The notes below the pieces were generated by a model, which worked only from the letters and a program-made list of their open reading frames with translations, ran no database searches and was not told the origin of the DNA. DNA of 64,000 bases, from positions 49,128-113,127 of the forward strand of contig DATAYM010000017.1 of assembly GCA_036272595.1 (NCBI GenBank). The letters run 5' to 3'. The stretch comes from Caulobacteraceae bacterium (GTDB taxonomy: Bacteria > Pseudomonadota > Alphaproteobacteria > Caulobacterales > Caulobacteraceae). Both the position numbers and the translations under genes were made by a program. Every line of letters starts with the position of its first letter. Position 1 is the first letter of the stretch. Below are positions 8,481 through 18,138 of this stretch, one piece after another.

Positions 8481-9608
8481 CTAACGCTGCGCGATCAGCT
8501 TCACCTTCACCGTGGTCGACAGGCCGGGGCGCAGGCGGGCGAGGCCGGCCTGGCCGGGATCGAAGCGGATGCGCACCGGCACGCGCTGGACGATCTTGGT
8601 GAAGTTGCCGGTCCCCGGTTCGAACGGCAGCAGCGAGAACTGCGAGCCCGACCCCGGCGCGAAGCTTTCCACTTCGCCCTTCAGGGTCGCCCCCGGCAGG
8701 GCGTCGACCTGGATGAAGGCCGGCTGGCCGACGCTCATGCGCGAGACCTGGGTCTCCTTGAAGTTGGCGACGACATAGAGCGCATCCAGCGGCACGATGG
8801 TCATCAGCCTGGCGCCCGGCTGCACATAGTCGCCCGGCTCGACCTGGCGATCGCCGACCACCCCGTCGATGGGCGCGCGCACCAGCGTGTGGGACTGGTC
8901 CTGGCGGGCGAGGTCGAGCGCCGCCTGGGCGCGGGCGACAGCGGCGAGCGCCTGGGCGAGGCCGGCCTCCAGCGTCGCGCGCCTGGCCAGGGTGACCGAG
9001 GCCTGGTTGCGGCTGACGTCCAGCTCGGCGCGGCTGTGCTCGGCGTCCGACTGGGCGGTGATGGCCGCGGCGCGGTACTGGTCGGCGTCGCGCCGGGCCA
9101 CCGCGCCGGAGGCGACCAGGTCGTCATAGCGCTTGCGGTCGGCCTGGGCGCGGTCGCTCTGGGCGTCGGCCGAGCGGATCTGGGTCTGGGCGGCGCGGAC
9201 GCTGGACGCCGCCAAGGCCTCCTCCGCGCCTTGCGAGACCAGGGCGGCGCGGGCGGCGTCGACGGCCGCCTCGGCGTTCTGCAGGTCGGCCGCGGCCGAG
9301 GCGACGCGGGCGTCGAACTCCTCCGGATCGATCTGCACCAGCGGATCGCCGCGATGGACCCGCTGGTCGTGCTCGACCAGCACGGCGGCGATCAGGCCGC
9401 GCACCTTGGGGGCCACGGTCGAGCTGTCGGCCTGGATATAGGCCGCGTCGGTGGAGACCGCGCCCTTGGGCCAGGCGATGAAGGCCGCGCCGGCGACCGC
9501 GACGGCGACGGCCGCGGCCACCACCACCGCCGTCCGCCGCGAAAACGGCGCCCGCGCGCGCGGCGGCGGGGCCGGCGCCACCACCTCGTGGAGGGTGGCG
9601 GTGCTCAT
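8481..9608 (-). CDS. HlyD/EmrA family membrane fusion protein
   Basis: VSTDAAYIQADSSTVAPKVRG; VVANFKETQ; GNFTKIVQRVPVRI. Confidence 0.93.
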   Translation of the reverse strand: MSTATLHEVVAPAPPPRARAPFSRRTAVVVAAAVAVAVAGAAFIAWPKGAVSTDAAYIQADSSTVAPKVRGLIAAVLVEHDQRVHRGDPLVQIDPEEFDARVASAAADLQNAEAAVDAARAALVSQGAEEALAASSVRAAQTQIRSADAQSDRAQADRKRYDDLVASGAVARRDADQYRAAAITAQSDAEHSRAELDVSRNQASVTLARRATLEAGLAQALAAVARAQAALDLARQDQSHTLVRAPIDGVVGDRQVEPGDYVQPGARLMTIVPLDALYVVANFKETQVSRMSVGQPAFIQVDALPGATLKGEVESFAPGSGSQFSLLPFEPGTGNFTKIVQRVPVRIRFDPGQAGLARLRPGLSTTVKVKLIAQR

Positions 9609-10051
9609 CGCTCGAACACCAGCAGGGTCGAGGTGGCCGAGGCCAGCAGGCGGCCCTCGGCGTCGGTCAGGCTCGCCTCGGCGAAGGCGGCGCGGCGGCC
9701 GATGCTGACCACCCGGCCCTCGGCCCGCACCTTGCCGGTCCTGGCGGTGATCGCCTTGTGATAGGCGACCTTCAGCTCCAGGGTGGTGTAGGCCTGCGAG
9801 CCGCTGAGCTTCGACTGCACCGCGCAGCCGCAGGCGGAATCCAGCAGGGTCGCGGCATAGCCGCCGTGCACCGTGCCAATGGGGTTGTAGGCGTGAAGGC
9901 CGGGAACGCCTTCGAACACCGCCCGGCCCTCCTCCACCTCGACGAAGTTGAGATCCAGCGTCTCGACGATGCCGGGGCGCCGGTCCGACGCCATCAGGGC
10001 CCGGAGCTGCTCGAGGCCGGTGGGCGCGACAGTCTCTTCGGCGAGGCTCAT
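9605..10051 (-). CDS. PaaI family thioesterase
   Basis: YNPIGTVHGGYAATLLDSACGCA; YTTLELKVAY. Confidence 0.92.
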   Translation of the reverse strand: MSLAEETVAPTGLEQLRALMASDRRPGIVETLDLNFVEVEEGRAVFEGVPGLHAYNPIGTVHGGYAATLLDSACGCAVQSKLSGSQAYTTLELKVAYHKAITARTGKVRAEGRVVSIGRRAAFAEASLTDAEGRLLASATSTLLVFER

Positions 10052-10641
10052 TGCCGCGGCTCCAGTCCAAATCGCTGTTTCAGGGAGGTTTTCGAGCGGG
10101 CCAGGACGGCGTCCGACCGCTCGCGATCCGGCTCGGCGCGGGCCAGGGACAGCGCCCCGACCAGCTCGGCCAGCATGGAGCTGGCCTCGGTCCTGGCGTC
10201 CTCGTGGCCCAGTTCGGCCAACAGGGCGCCCAGCCGGGTCCGCAGACCGGCGACGCCCAAGGCGAACCGCGCCCTGGCCGGCTCGCTCAGCCGCGGCAGG
10301 TCGGCGGCCATGAACGGCATGGGACAGCCGCTGGTGCGGGCGTCGCGATGCTCGCCCGACAGGTAGAAGTCGATATAGGCCGCCAGTCCCTCGGCCGGCG
10401 GCCGGCCGCTGGTCGCCAAGGCCAGCCGCTCGCCGCCCTCCTCGAACATCTGGCCGATGGCGGCGACCACCAGGTCGTCCCTTGAGGCGAAGTGGGCATA
10501 GAAGCCGCCATGGGTCAGGCCGGCCTTGGCCATGACCCCGGCGACGGCGATCTGGTGCGGACCCTCCGCGCGCATGGCCTTGGCGGCCTCGCGCAGCACC
10601 CGCTCGCGGGTCCTCTGCTTGTGTTCGGCGTCGTAGCGCAT
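10048..10641 (-). CDS. TetR/AcrR family regulator
   Basis: IAVAGVMAKAGLTHGGFYAHFASRDDL HTH. Confidence 0.93.
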   Translation of the reverse strand: MRYDAEHKQRTRERVLREAAKAMRAEGPHQIAVAGVMAKAGLTHGGFYAHFASRDDLVVAAIGQMFEEGGERLALATSGRPPAEGLAAYIDFYLSGEHRDARTSGCPMPFMAADLPRLSEPARARFALGVAGLRTRLGALLAELGHEDARTEASSMLAELVGALSLARAEPDRERSDAVLARSKTSLKQRFGLEPRQ

Positions 10642-10674
10642 GGGCTTGCACCCTTCGTTGATATGACGCATATA

Positions 10675-10692
10675 ATATTACGATCGTCATAT
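10675..10692. promoter_or_regulatory. Probable TetR operator palindrome
   Basis: atattacgatcgtcatat, near-perfect 18-bp dyad between divergent tetR and DHA2 genes. Confidence 0.65.
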
Positions 10693-10707
10693 AAGCAAGA
10701 GGGCGAG

Positions 10708-12339
10708 ATGAAGGACGTGGCGGATCTCACGCCGGCCTCGCCCCAAGGGACACCTCAAGGGGCGCCCGAGCCGGCGATCGACCCGTCATCGTTCGGCAAT
10801 GGCCGCAAGTACGCGATCTTCGCGGTGATGGCGTTTGGCCAGTTCATGGCCCTGATCGACATCCAGATCGTCGCCGCCTCGCTGAACAACGTCCAGGCGG
10901 GCCTGTCCGCCGGCCCGGACGAGATCAGCTGGGTGCAGACCGGCTATCTGATGGCCGAGCTGGTGATGATCCCCTTCTCGGCCTTCCTGGCCCAGGCCCT
11001 GTCGACCCGCTGGCTGTTCGTCCTTTCCGCCGGCCTGTTCACCCTCGCCAGCGCCCTTTGCGGCATGGCCTGGGACATCCAGTCGATGGTGGTCTTCCGC
11101 ATCGTCCAGGGCTTCGTCGGCGGCGCCATGGTGCCGCTGGTCTTCTCCACCGGCTTTTCGCTGTTCTCCGGGCCGCAGCGGGCGATGATCCCGGCGATTC
11201 TCGGCATGGTCTCGGTGCTGGCGCCGACGCTCGGACCCACCGTCGGCGGCTGGCTGACCGACGCCATCGGCTGGCGCTCGATCTTCTACATCAACATCCT
11301 CCCCGGCATCGCGGTCACGCTGCTGGCCGCCTGGCTGATCCGGGTCGACCGGCCGAACCTCGCCATGCTGAAGAAGATCGACTACGCCCACCTGGCCTCG
11401 ATGGCGGTCTTCCTGGGCGGGCTCGAATACGTGCTCGAGGAAGGCCCGCGCCACGATTGGTTCGGCGATCCGGCCATCCTGACCGCGGCCTGGCTGTCCC
11501 TGGTCGGTTTCGCCCTCTTCATCGAGCGCTCGTTCAATTCCGGCGGCCCGATCGTGCGGCTGACGCCGTTCCGCAACCCGACCTTCGCCTTCGCCTGCGT
11601 CTTCAACCTGGTGATCGGCTTCGGCCTCTATTCGGCTACCTACCTGATCCCGGTCTTCCTCGCCCGGGTGCGCGGCTATGACAGCCTGCAGATCGGCACG
11701 ACGGTCGTCGTCACCGGCATCGCCCAGGTCGCCTCGGTGGTCATCGCCGCGCGGCTGTCGCAGACGGTCGATCCGCGCAAGACCATCACTGTCGGCCTTG
11801 TCCTGTTCGCCGCCAGCCTTTGGCTGAGCTCGAGGGTGACGGTCGACTGGGGGTTCGCCGCCCTGCTGGCGCCCCAGGCCCTGCGTGGCTTCGCCATCAT
11901 GCTGTGCATCGTGCCCAGCGTGAACATGGCGCTGTCCGGCTTCGCCATGACCGAGCTGCGCTACGCCTCCGGCCTGTTCAACCTGATGCGCAACCTCGGC
12001 GGGGCGGTCGGCATCGCGGTGGTCAACACCTGGCTGGCCGACCAGACCCGCATCCATGTGGCGCGCATGGGCGAGAGCCTCGGCGAGGCCGGCCGCGGCG
12101 CCCCGGCCTTCGTCGGCGCGGTGGCGAGCCGCATCGGCCAGTCCACCAGCGATCCGGTCCAGGCCCTGCTGATGGCGCGCGGCGAACTGGCCGGGCTGGT
12201 CGGCCGCTACGCCCTCACCTCCGCCTTCGAGGAGGTGTTCCGCCTGATGGCCTGGCTGTTCCTGGCCGCCCTGGTGATGGTCCCGTTCTGCCGCCCGGTC
12301 CGGGCCGCCGCAGCCGCGCCGCCCGCCGAAGCCCATTGA
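10708..12339 (+). CDS. DHA2/EmrB family MFS efflux permease
   Basis: GQFMALIDIQIVAASL; SWVQTGYLMAE; APTLGPTVGGWLTD; ASGLFNLMRNLGGAVGIA. Confidence 0.93.
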   Translation: MKDVADLTPASPQGTPQGAPEPAIDPSSFGNGRKYAIFAVMAFGQFMALIDIQIVAASLNNVQAGLSAGPDEISWVQTGYLMAELVMIPFSAFLAQALSTRWLFVLSAGLFTLASALCGMAWDIQSMVVFRIVQGFVGGAMVPLVFSTGFSLFSGPQRAMIPAILGMVSVLAPTLGPTVGGWLTDAIGWRSIFYINILPGIAVTLLAAWLIRVDRPNLAMLKKIDYAHLASMAVFLGGLEYVLEEGPRHDWFGDPAILTAAWLSLVGFALFIERSFNSGGPIVRLTPFRNPTFAFACVFNLVIGFGLYSATYLIPVFLARVRGYDSLQIGTTVVVTGIAQVASVVIAARLSQTVDPRKTITVGLVLFAASLWLSSRVTVDWGFAALLAPQALRGFAIMLCIVPSVNMALSGFAMTELRYASGLFNLMRNLGGAVGIAVVNTWLADQTRIHVARMGESLGEAGRGAPAFVGAVASRIGQSTSDPVQALLMARGELAGLVGRYALTSAFEEVFRLMAWLFLAALVMVPFCRPVRAAAAAPPAEAH

Positions 12340-12357
12340 CCCCAAGAGAAAGCGCCG

Positions 12358-13818
12358 ATGACCGCTCCCTTCCGCCAGGCCCTGATGGCCATGCTCGCCC
12401 TGGCCCCATTCGCCCTGTCCCCATTCGCCCTGTCCCTGGCCGCCTGCGCGGTCGGGCCGGACTACCGCAAGCCCGATCTCGCCCTGACCCCGGCCTATGT
12501 GACGCCGGTCCCGGCCGCGCCTGGCGCCAAAACCGCCTCGCTGGACGTCTGGTGGGAAGGCTTCGGCGATCCGGAACTGGTCAGGGTGGTCGAGCGGGCC
12601 ACGGCCGGCAACCTCGACATCGCCCAGGCCGGCGCCCGGGTGCGCCAGTCGCGCGCGGCGGCCAAGGCGGCCGGCGCGGCCCTGCTGCCGCAGGCTGCCG
12701 CCACCGGCTCCGTCGCCGACGTGCGGCAGTCCCTGCTCAGCCCGATCGGCGAGATCGGCAGCCATCTGCCGGGCTTCCAGCGGGACTATGACGAATATGG
12801 GCTTGGCCTCGGCGGCTCCTGGCGGATCGACGTCTCCGGCGGCCTGCGCCGCGCCCGCGACGCCGCCAGGGCCGACGCCGACGCCGCCGCTGATCAGGCC
12901 ATCGCGGTGCGGCTGACCGTCGCCGCCGACGCCGCCGACGCCTACTTGCAGGTGCGCGCCTACCAGGCCCGCATCGCCGTGGCGCGCCGCCAGGTGCAGG
13001 TGCAGGAGGACCTTGTGGCCCTGCTGGTCAAGCGCACCGCCGAGGGCGTCACCGCCGACCGCGAACTGCACGAAGCCCGGGCCGCGCTGGAAGGCGCGCG
13101 CGCCACCATTCCGCCGCTGCAGACCGGGCTCGAGGCACAGCTGAACCGGCTCGACGTCTTGATGGGCGCCCAGCCGGGAACCTGGCGCGCCGAACTGGCC
13201 GCGGAGGCCGCCCTGCCCTCGCCGCCCGGCCTGACCGCCGGCGACGGGCCCGCCGACCTGCTGCGCCGCCGCCCCGACGTGCTGGCGGCCGAGCAGCGCC
13301 TGATCGCCGCCAACGCCCGCATCGGCGCGGCCATCTCGGACTACTATCCCAAGGTGTCCATCTCCGGCCTGCTCGGCCTGGACAGCATCGACGCCACCCG
13401 GCTGTTCACCGGGGCGGCGGTGGCGCACCAGGTCGGCGCCGGGCTCAGCTGGCGGCTGTTCGACTTCGGCCGGGTGGACGCCGAGGTGGCCCAGGCGCGC
13501 GGCGCCGACGCCGAGGCCCTGGCCGCTTACCGGGCCACCGTGCTGCGGGCGACCGAGGAGGTGGAGGACTCGTTCTCCGGCATGATCCAGGACGAGGTCC
13601 AGGCCGACGCCCTGGCGCGGCAGATCGACCAGCTGACGACCGCCCGCCGCCAGGCCGAACAGGCCTATCAGGGCGGCGTCGACAGCCTGATCGAGGTGCG
13701 CGACGCCGACCGCGACCTGCTGGCCGCCTCCGACCAGCTGGTCCAGGCCAAGGCCGGCGCGGCGCGGGCGGCGGTGGCCTCGTTCCGCGCCCTGGGCGGC
13801 GGCTGGAAGCCGATATAA
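12358..13818 (+). CDS. Outer membrane efflux lipoprotein (NodT/TolC family)
   Basis: Lipobox LAAC-AVGPDYRKP; DLLRRRPDVLAAEQRL; FRALGGGW C-terminus. Confidence 0.93.
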   Translation: MTAPFRQALMAMLALAPFALSPFALSLAACAVGPDYRKPDLALTPAYVTPVPAAPGAKTASLDVWWEGFGDPELVRVVERATAGNLDIAQAGARVRQSRAAAKAAGAALLPQAAATGSVADVRQSLLSPIGEIGSHLPGFQRDYDEYGLGLGGSWRIDVSGGLRRARDAARADADAAADQAIAVRLTVAADAADAYLQVRAYQARIAVARRQVQVQEDLVALLVKRTAEGVTADRELHEARAALEGARATIPPLQTGLEAQLNRLDVLMGAQPGTWRAELAAEAALPSPPGLTAGDGPADLLRRRPDVLAAEQRLIAANARIGAAISDYYPKVSISGLLGLDSIDATRLFTGAAVAHQVGAGLSWRLFDFGRVDAEVAQARGADAEALAAYRATVLRATEEVEDSFSGMIQDEVQADALARQIDQLTTARRQAEQAYQGGVDSLIEVRDADRDLLAASDQLVQAKAGAARAAVASFRALGGGWKPI

Positions 13819-13867
13819 GACGGCGCGGCCGGCGCGATCCTGATAGCGGCGGCGAAGGAGGCCGCCG

Positions 13868-14239
13868 GTGAAACTCGGCATGATCGTGGTGCTGACGCCG
13901 GACCTCATCGAGGCGCGGCGCTTCTATGGCCACCTGCTCGGCCTGACGCTGGTCCGCGACAGCACGAGCCAGCTGATCTTCGACCTGGCCGGGACGGAGT
14001 TCCACGTCTTCGGCTGCACCGGCGCCGCGCCCGCCGGTTCTCGCCATGGCGCCACGGCGGCCACCGTCTGCGCCTTCGAGGTCGCTTCCGTCGAGGCCGA
14101 GATGAGCCGGCTGGGCGCGCTCGGCGTCGTCTTCCTGCACGGCAGGCCGGCGGAAAACGCCTTGAGCGGGATCCGCTACGCGGCCTTCGAGGCGCCCGGC
14201 GGCAATGTGCACGAGCTCGTCGAAAGGATCACCGCCTGA
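13868..14239 (+). CDS. VOC/glyoxalase family protein
   Basis: DLIEARRFYGHLLGL...FEAPGGNVHELVE. Confidence 0.8.
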   Translation: MKLGMIVVLTPDLIEARRFYGHLLGLTLVRDSTSQLIFDLAGTEFHVFGCTGAAPAGSRHGATAATVCAFEVASVEAEMSRLGALGVVFLHGRPAENALSGIRYAAFEAPGGNVHELVERITA

Positions 14240-14682
14240 TGCCGCTGCGGGTCGCCACCGCGGCCGACGTTCCGGCCATCGCCGCCCTGGTCCGCGCGGC
14301 CTACGCCAGGTGGGTTCCGCTGATCGGCCGCGAGCCCCTGCCCATGCAGGCCGACTATGACGCCGCGGTCCGCGAGCACGCCATCGACCTTTTGTACGAC
14401 GACGGCGAACTGGTCGGTCTGATCGAGACCATCGCCCGCCCCGACCATCTGTTCATCGAAAACCTCGCGGTGCGCCCGCAAAGCCAGGGCCGCGGCTTTG
14501 GCCGCCATCTGCTGGCCCATGCCGAGGACAAGGCCCGCCATCTCGGCCGGGATGAACTTCGCCTGCTGACCAACGCCGCTTTCGAGGCCAATATCCGGCT
14601 TTATGAAGCCACCGGCTACCGCATCGATCGCCGCGAGAACTTCATGGGCGGCGTCACCGTGCATATGAGCCTGCGAATCTGA
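14239..14682 (+). CDS. GNAT family acetyltransferase
   Basis: LFIENLAVRPQSQGRGFGRHLL; NIRLYEATGY. Confidence 0.88.
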   Translation: MPLRVATAADVPAIAALVRAAYARWVPLIGREPLPMQADYDAAVREHAIDLLYDDGELVGLIETIARPDHLFIENLAVRPQSQGRGFGRHLLAHAEDKARHLGRDELRLLTNAAFEANIRLYEATGYRIDRRENFMGGVTVHMSLRI

Positions 14683-14694
14683 GGAAAACCGCCC

Positions 14695-15318
14695 ATGTCC
14701 GACGAAATCGTCCTCTATCGCTCTGTCGCCAGCCGCTCGTTCGCCGCCATCTGGATGCTGGAGGAGCTGGGCGTCCCTTACCGGATGGAGACGGTCGACA
14801 TCCGCAGCGGCGCCCAGAAGGCGCCTGGCTACCTGCGCCTGAACCCCATGGGCAAGGTGCCGACCCTGGTGGTCGGCGACAGCGTGGTGACCGAGGTGCC
14901 GGCCATCTGCCTCTTCCTCGCCGACCGCTTCGGCTATGGCGGCCTGGCGCCGAGGATCGACGATCCCGACCGCGCCGCCTACCTGCGCTGGATGGTCTTC
15001 TCCACCGCCGTGCTGGAGCCGGCGACGATCATCCACGAACTGAAGCTGGAGGCGCCGGCCTATCACGCCGGCTGGGGCGGCTATGACGACGCCGTCCGCA
15101 GCTTGGTCGGCCTCCTCGAGGGCCGCGACTACGTGCTCGGCGAGCGGTTTAGCGGCGCCGACGTGGCCATCGGCGCCCAGGTCAGCGTCGGGCTGTTCAC
15201 CAAGCAGTTGCCCGATCATCCCGCCCTCGTCGCCTACAACGCCAGGATCGGCGCCCGTTCGGCCCACGCGACGGCGCTGGCGACCAACTGGCCGCCGGAG
15301 CTGTTCGCCGCCAACTGA
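14695..15318 (+). CDS. Glutathione S-transferase family protein
   Basis: WMLEELGVPY; LNPMGKVPTL; FSGADV. Confidence 0.9.
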   Translation: MSDEIVLYRSVASRSFAAIWMLEELGVPYRMETVDIRSGAQKAPGYLRLNPMGKVPTLVVGDSVVTEVPAICLFLADRFGYGGLAPRIDDPDRAAYLRWMVFSTAVLEPATIIHELKLEAPAYHAGWGGYDDAVRSLVGLLEGRDYVLGERFSGADVAIGAQVSVGLFTKQLPDHPALVAYNARIGARSAHATALATNWPPELFAAN

Positions 15319-15417
15319 GCCCTCAGTATTGGCCTAATTTGAGGTCACTATGCCTGATAGCGATATTGGATCAGTGATACTAGACTAGTTAGCGCGATTG
15401 ATCGCGATCAACGCGGC

Positions 15418-15626
15418 AACTGGTCCAGCAAGGCCGCATTGCCCACTATCGCAGCCGAGATGGACTACGCTGGCCTCGAGGTAAACGACAGCGGCAGCGC
15501 ACAGGAGCCTATGGTCGAGGCGGTCGCGGCCGGTGCCGCCGACGCACGACGAGCAGCATGGACGCGGCGTTACGTGCCTATTGCGGGCACGATACGGAGG
15601 TGATGATTGAGTTGGCTCGGCGGCTG
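15418..15626 (+). pseudogene. C-terminal remnant of a DUF2779-type protein
   Basis: NWSSKAALPTIAAEMDYAGLEVNDSGSAQ, then frameshift to ALRAYCGHDTEVM; resembles the ..WSIK.VLP...Y..L / L.YC..DT..M end of DUF2779 proteins. Confidence 0.55.
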
Positions 15627-15669
15627 AGCCTTTGGGAACATCACCATTGCAGATTCAGGAGGAGCGCAG

Positions 15670-18138
15670 TTGAGAGACGGCGAATTCAAGAGGTGGCTGG
15701 AAGCAAGAGGAGCCAACACCGAGTCCGGCCGGAACACCCGCACTCATGCGGTTCGTTCGATCGAGAACAAGCTTGCGGTGCTGGGTTCACCGCATGCCGA
15801 TCTTGAGGCTGCATGGAATGATGATCGCTTCGCGCAAATACGCACCCGGCTAAAAATGATGCGCGGCGATTTCGCGGCAGGCGGAGATGATTATCGTATC
15901 CTCATGCCGCAATCTGAACGGCCCCATAAGCGCTTGTCGAGTTGGGGGTCTTGGCTGGCGCAATATGGGCAGTTCCTGGACGGGCAGCCACCAAGTGACA
16001 AGGATGCTGATCTGATCCGCCGGTATGTGCTCGAATCCTACATTGAACCTGGCCGAGAAGGGGATGATGATACTGTCGATGTTCGCGTCGGCGATGTGAA
16101 CGAAGCTCTGGAGCTGAACCAAGCATGGCCGAACATTTGCCAAGCGCTCATTGGCCGGAAATTTCTAGATATGGCCGACCTAGATCCGCCGGAGCGGATC
16201 GGTGCGGATCAGAGCTCGTCAACGGTTTTCCGGTTCAACCTCGACCCGACGAACGACGTGCAGGCATCGAAACGGCCGTTCCTGTTGTTCGATGGCATCG
16301 GCCAAGGGTATCATCCCACACGCACCGCTCATCCTTCTGAGCCCTCGACCTATCATATTCAAAGGCCCGGCACCTCAAATCGCGCTAATGACGCGGAAAA
16401 GGTCGAGACTATCGCTGAGGTAGCGCGCGCCATGCTGATCGACGGGCGGCGCGCACGGGTCAGACGGCTCGATGGCAGAGGCCCTGCCAGCTATGTTGGT
16501 TACGGCAAGCAGAAGCTCATTCGCTATCAGCTCGATCCCACTATCGCCGGCGAACTAGGCCTGCCTGCGCGCGGAAGTGTCGCCGGCCCGAATGCAACGT
16601 CACAGATTGAAAGTGAAACCGGACCCATGACCGCTGAGCCGATTAACCTGATCCTTTACGGACCACCCGGCACCGGCAAGACGCACTTCACCGCTACCGA
16701 AGCAGTACGCCTTTGCGGTGAACCAGTCCCGTCTGATCGTGAAGAGCTGATGGCGGCCTACCATCGTCTTGCAGACGCGGGGCGGATCGAATTCGTCACA
16801 TTCCACCAATCCGTCGCGTATGAGGACTTCGTCGAAGGCCTCCGGCCCATCCAAGGGAGTGATGGTGGTTCGGCTGGCTTCCAGTTGAAGCCCCAGCTGG
16901 GCGTTTTCCGCCGCATCGCACGTCGGGCCGAGACAAGCACCGGACCTGGCGGTGCGAGCTTTTCCGTAGCGGGCCGCAAGGTTTTCAAGATGTCGATCGG
17001 CGAAGCCGCCAATCCGGACGACGCCTATCTGTTCGAAGAAGCGATCGACGGCGGCTACACGCTGCTTGGTTTCGAGAACATTGATTGGTCTGACGACCGC
17101 TTCGCCGAGCGCGACGCGATTATCGAAGTTGTGCGCACTGAGGGGGCGCGGGGTGGCGAGCCCAACGCAATGAGCGGGCGAGTGCAGATGCCCTTCATTT
17201 TCCGCAACTGGGTAAAGCACGGCGACGTGATCGTTGTGTCGAAAGGCAACGGCTTGTTCCGCGCGATCGGCGAAGTCATTGGTGACTATGAGTACGCGCC
17301 GCGGGAAGGCGGCGGCTATGCCCATCGCCGTGCCGTCCGTTGGCTGTGGGTCGATCGCGCGGGTGTACCAGCCAGCGAGATCTATGCCCGGACCTTCACT
17401 CAAAAGTCGATCTATGTGCTGACCGAGGCCGACCTGAACGTCCCGGCGCTCGAACGCTACATCTCCAGTCAGCAGGGCACCGGCTCGGGAGCGCCAGAGC
17501 CGTTCGTGCTCGTCATCGACGAGATCAACCGCGCCAATATCTCCAAGGTCTTCGGCGAACTCATCACCTTGCTGGAAGCTGACAAGCGCATCGGGAAGGC
17601 GAACGCGCTAAAGGTTCGCCTGCCTTATTCGGGCGATGTCTTCGGCATTCCCGCCAACCTGCACATCATTGGCACCATGAACACGGCCGACCGCTCGATC
17701 GCGTTGCTCGATACCGCGCTTCGGCGCCGGTTCGAGTTTCGCGAGCTGATGCCGGACGCCTCTTTGCTCGCGAATGTCGAGGGAATTGACCTCGCTGTGC
17801 TGCTGCAAACGATTAACGAGCGGATCGAGTATCTCTTCGACCGCGAGCACCAAATCGGCCACGCCTATTTCATCCGCTGCAAGTCACAGACCGACGTGGA
17901 CGAGGTCATGCGCCACAAGGTGATTCCACTGCTCGCCGAATATTTCTACGAGGACTGGGCGAAGGTCGCGGCCGTCCTGGGTGACGGGGACGACGGCGAA
18001 GGTGATCGCGACGGTCGCTTCATCGATAGGCGCCGTCTGAAGGCGCCCAAGGGCTTGGGCAGCGACGAGAGCGCCGCGCCACGCTATCGATGGAGTGTTC
18101 GCGACACCTTCTCCTACGACGGCTTCGCGGCGGCGTGA
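15670..18138 (+). CDS. mcrB: McrB family AAA+ GTPase of a type IV restriction system, long multi-domain N-terminus
   Basis: LILYGPPGTGKT; FVTFHQSVAYEDFVEG; VIDEINRANISKVFGELITLLE; GTMNTADRS; ALRRRF. Confidence 0.9.
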   Translation: MRDGEFKRWLEARGANTESGRNTRTHAVRSIENKLAVLGSPHADLEAAWNDDRFAQIRTRLKMMRGDFAAGGDDYRILMPQSERPHKRLSSWGSWLAQYGQFLDGQPPSDKDADLIRRYVLESYIEPGREGDDDTVDVRVGDVNEALELNQAWPNICQALIGRKFLDMADLDPPERIGADQSSSTVFRFNLDPTNDVQASKRPFLLFDGIGQGYHPTRTAHPSEPSTYHIQRPGTSNRANDAEKVETIAEVARAMLIDGRRARVRRLDGRGPASYVGYGKQKLIRYQLDPTIAGELGLPARGSVAGPNATSQIESETGPMTAEPINLILYGPPGTGKTHFTATEAVRLCGEPVPSDREELMAAYHRLADAGRIEFVTFHQSVAYEDFVEGLRPIQGSDGGSAGFQLKPQLGVFRRIARRAETSTGPGGASFSVAGRKVFKMSIGEAANPDDAYLFEEAIDGGYTLLGFENIDWSDDRFAERDAIIEVVRTEGARGGEPNAMSGRVQMPFIFRNWVKHGDVIVVSKGNGLFRAIGEVIGDYEYAPREGGGYAHRRAVRWLWVDRAGVPASEIYARTFTQKSIYVLTEADLNVPALERYISSQQGTGSGAPEPFVLVIDEINRANISKVFGELITLLEADKRIGKANALKVRLPYSGDVFGIPANLHIIGTMNTADRSIALLDTALRRRFEFRELMPDASLLANVEGIDLAVLLQTINERIEYLFDREHQIGHAYFIRCKSQTDVDEVMRHKVIPLLAEYFYEDWAKVAAVLGDGDDGEGDRDGRFIDRRRLKAPKGLGSDESAAPRYRWSVRDTFSYDGFAAA

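Noticed and set aside
7638-13908. Long ORFs 7638-9761 (+) and 10786-13908 (-, 1040 aa)
   Set aside because: Antisense shadows of well-supported efflux genes; common in high-GC DNA; no motifs.
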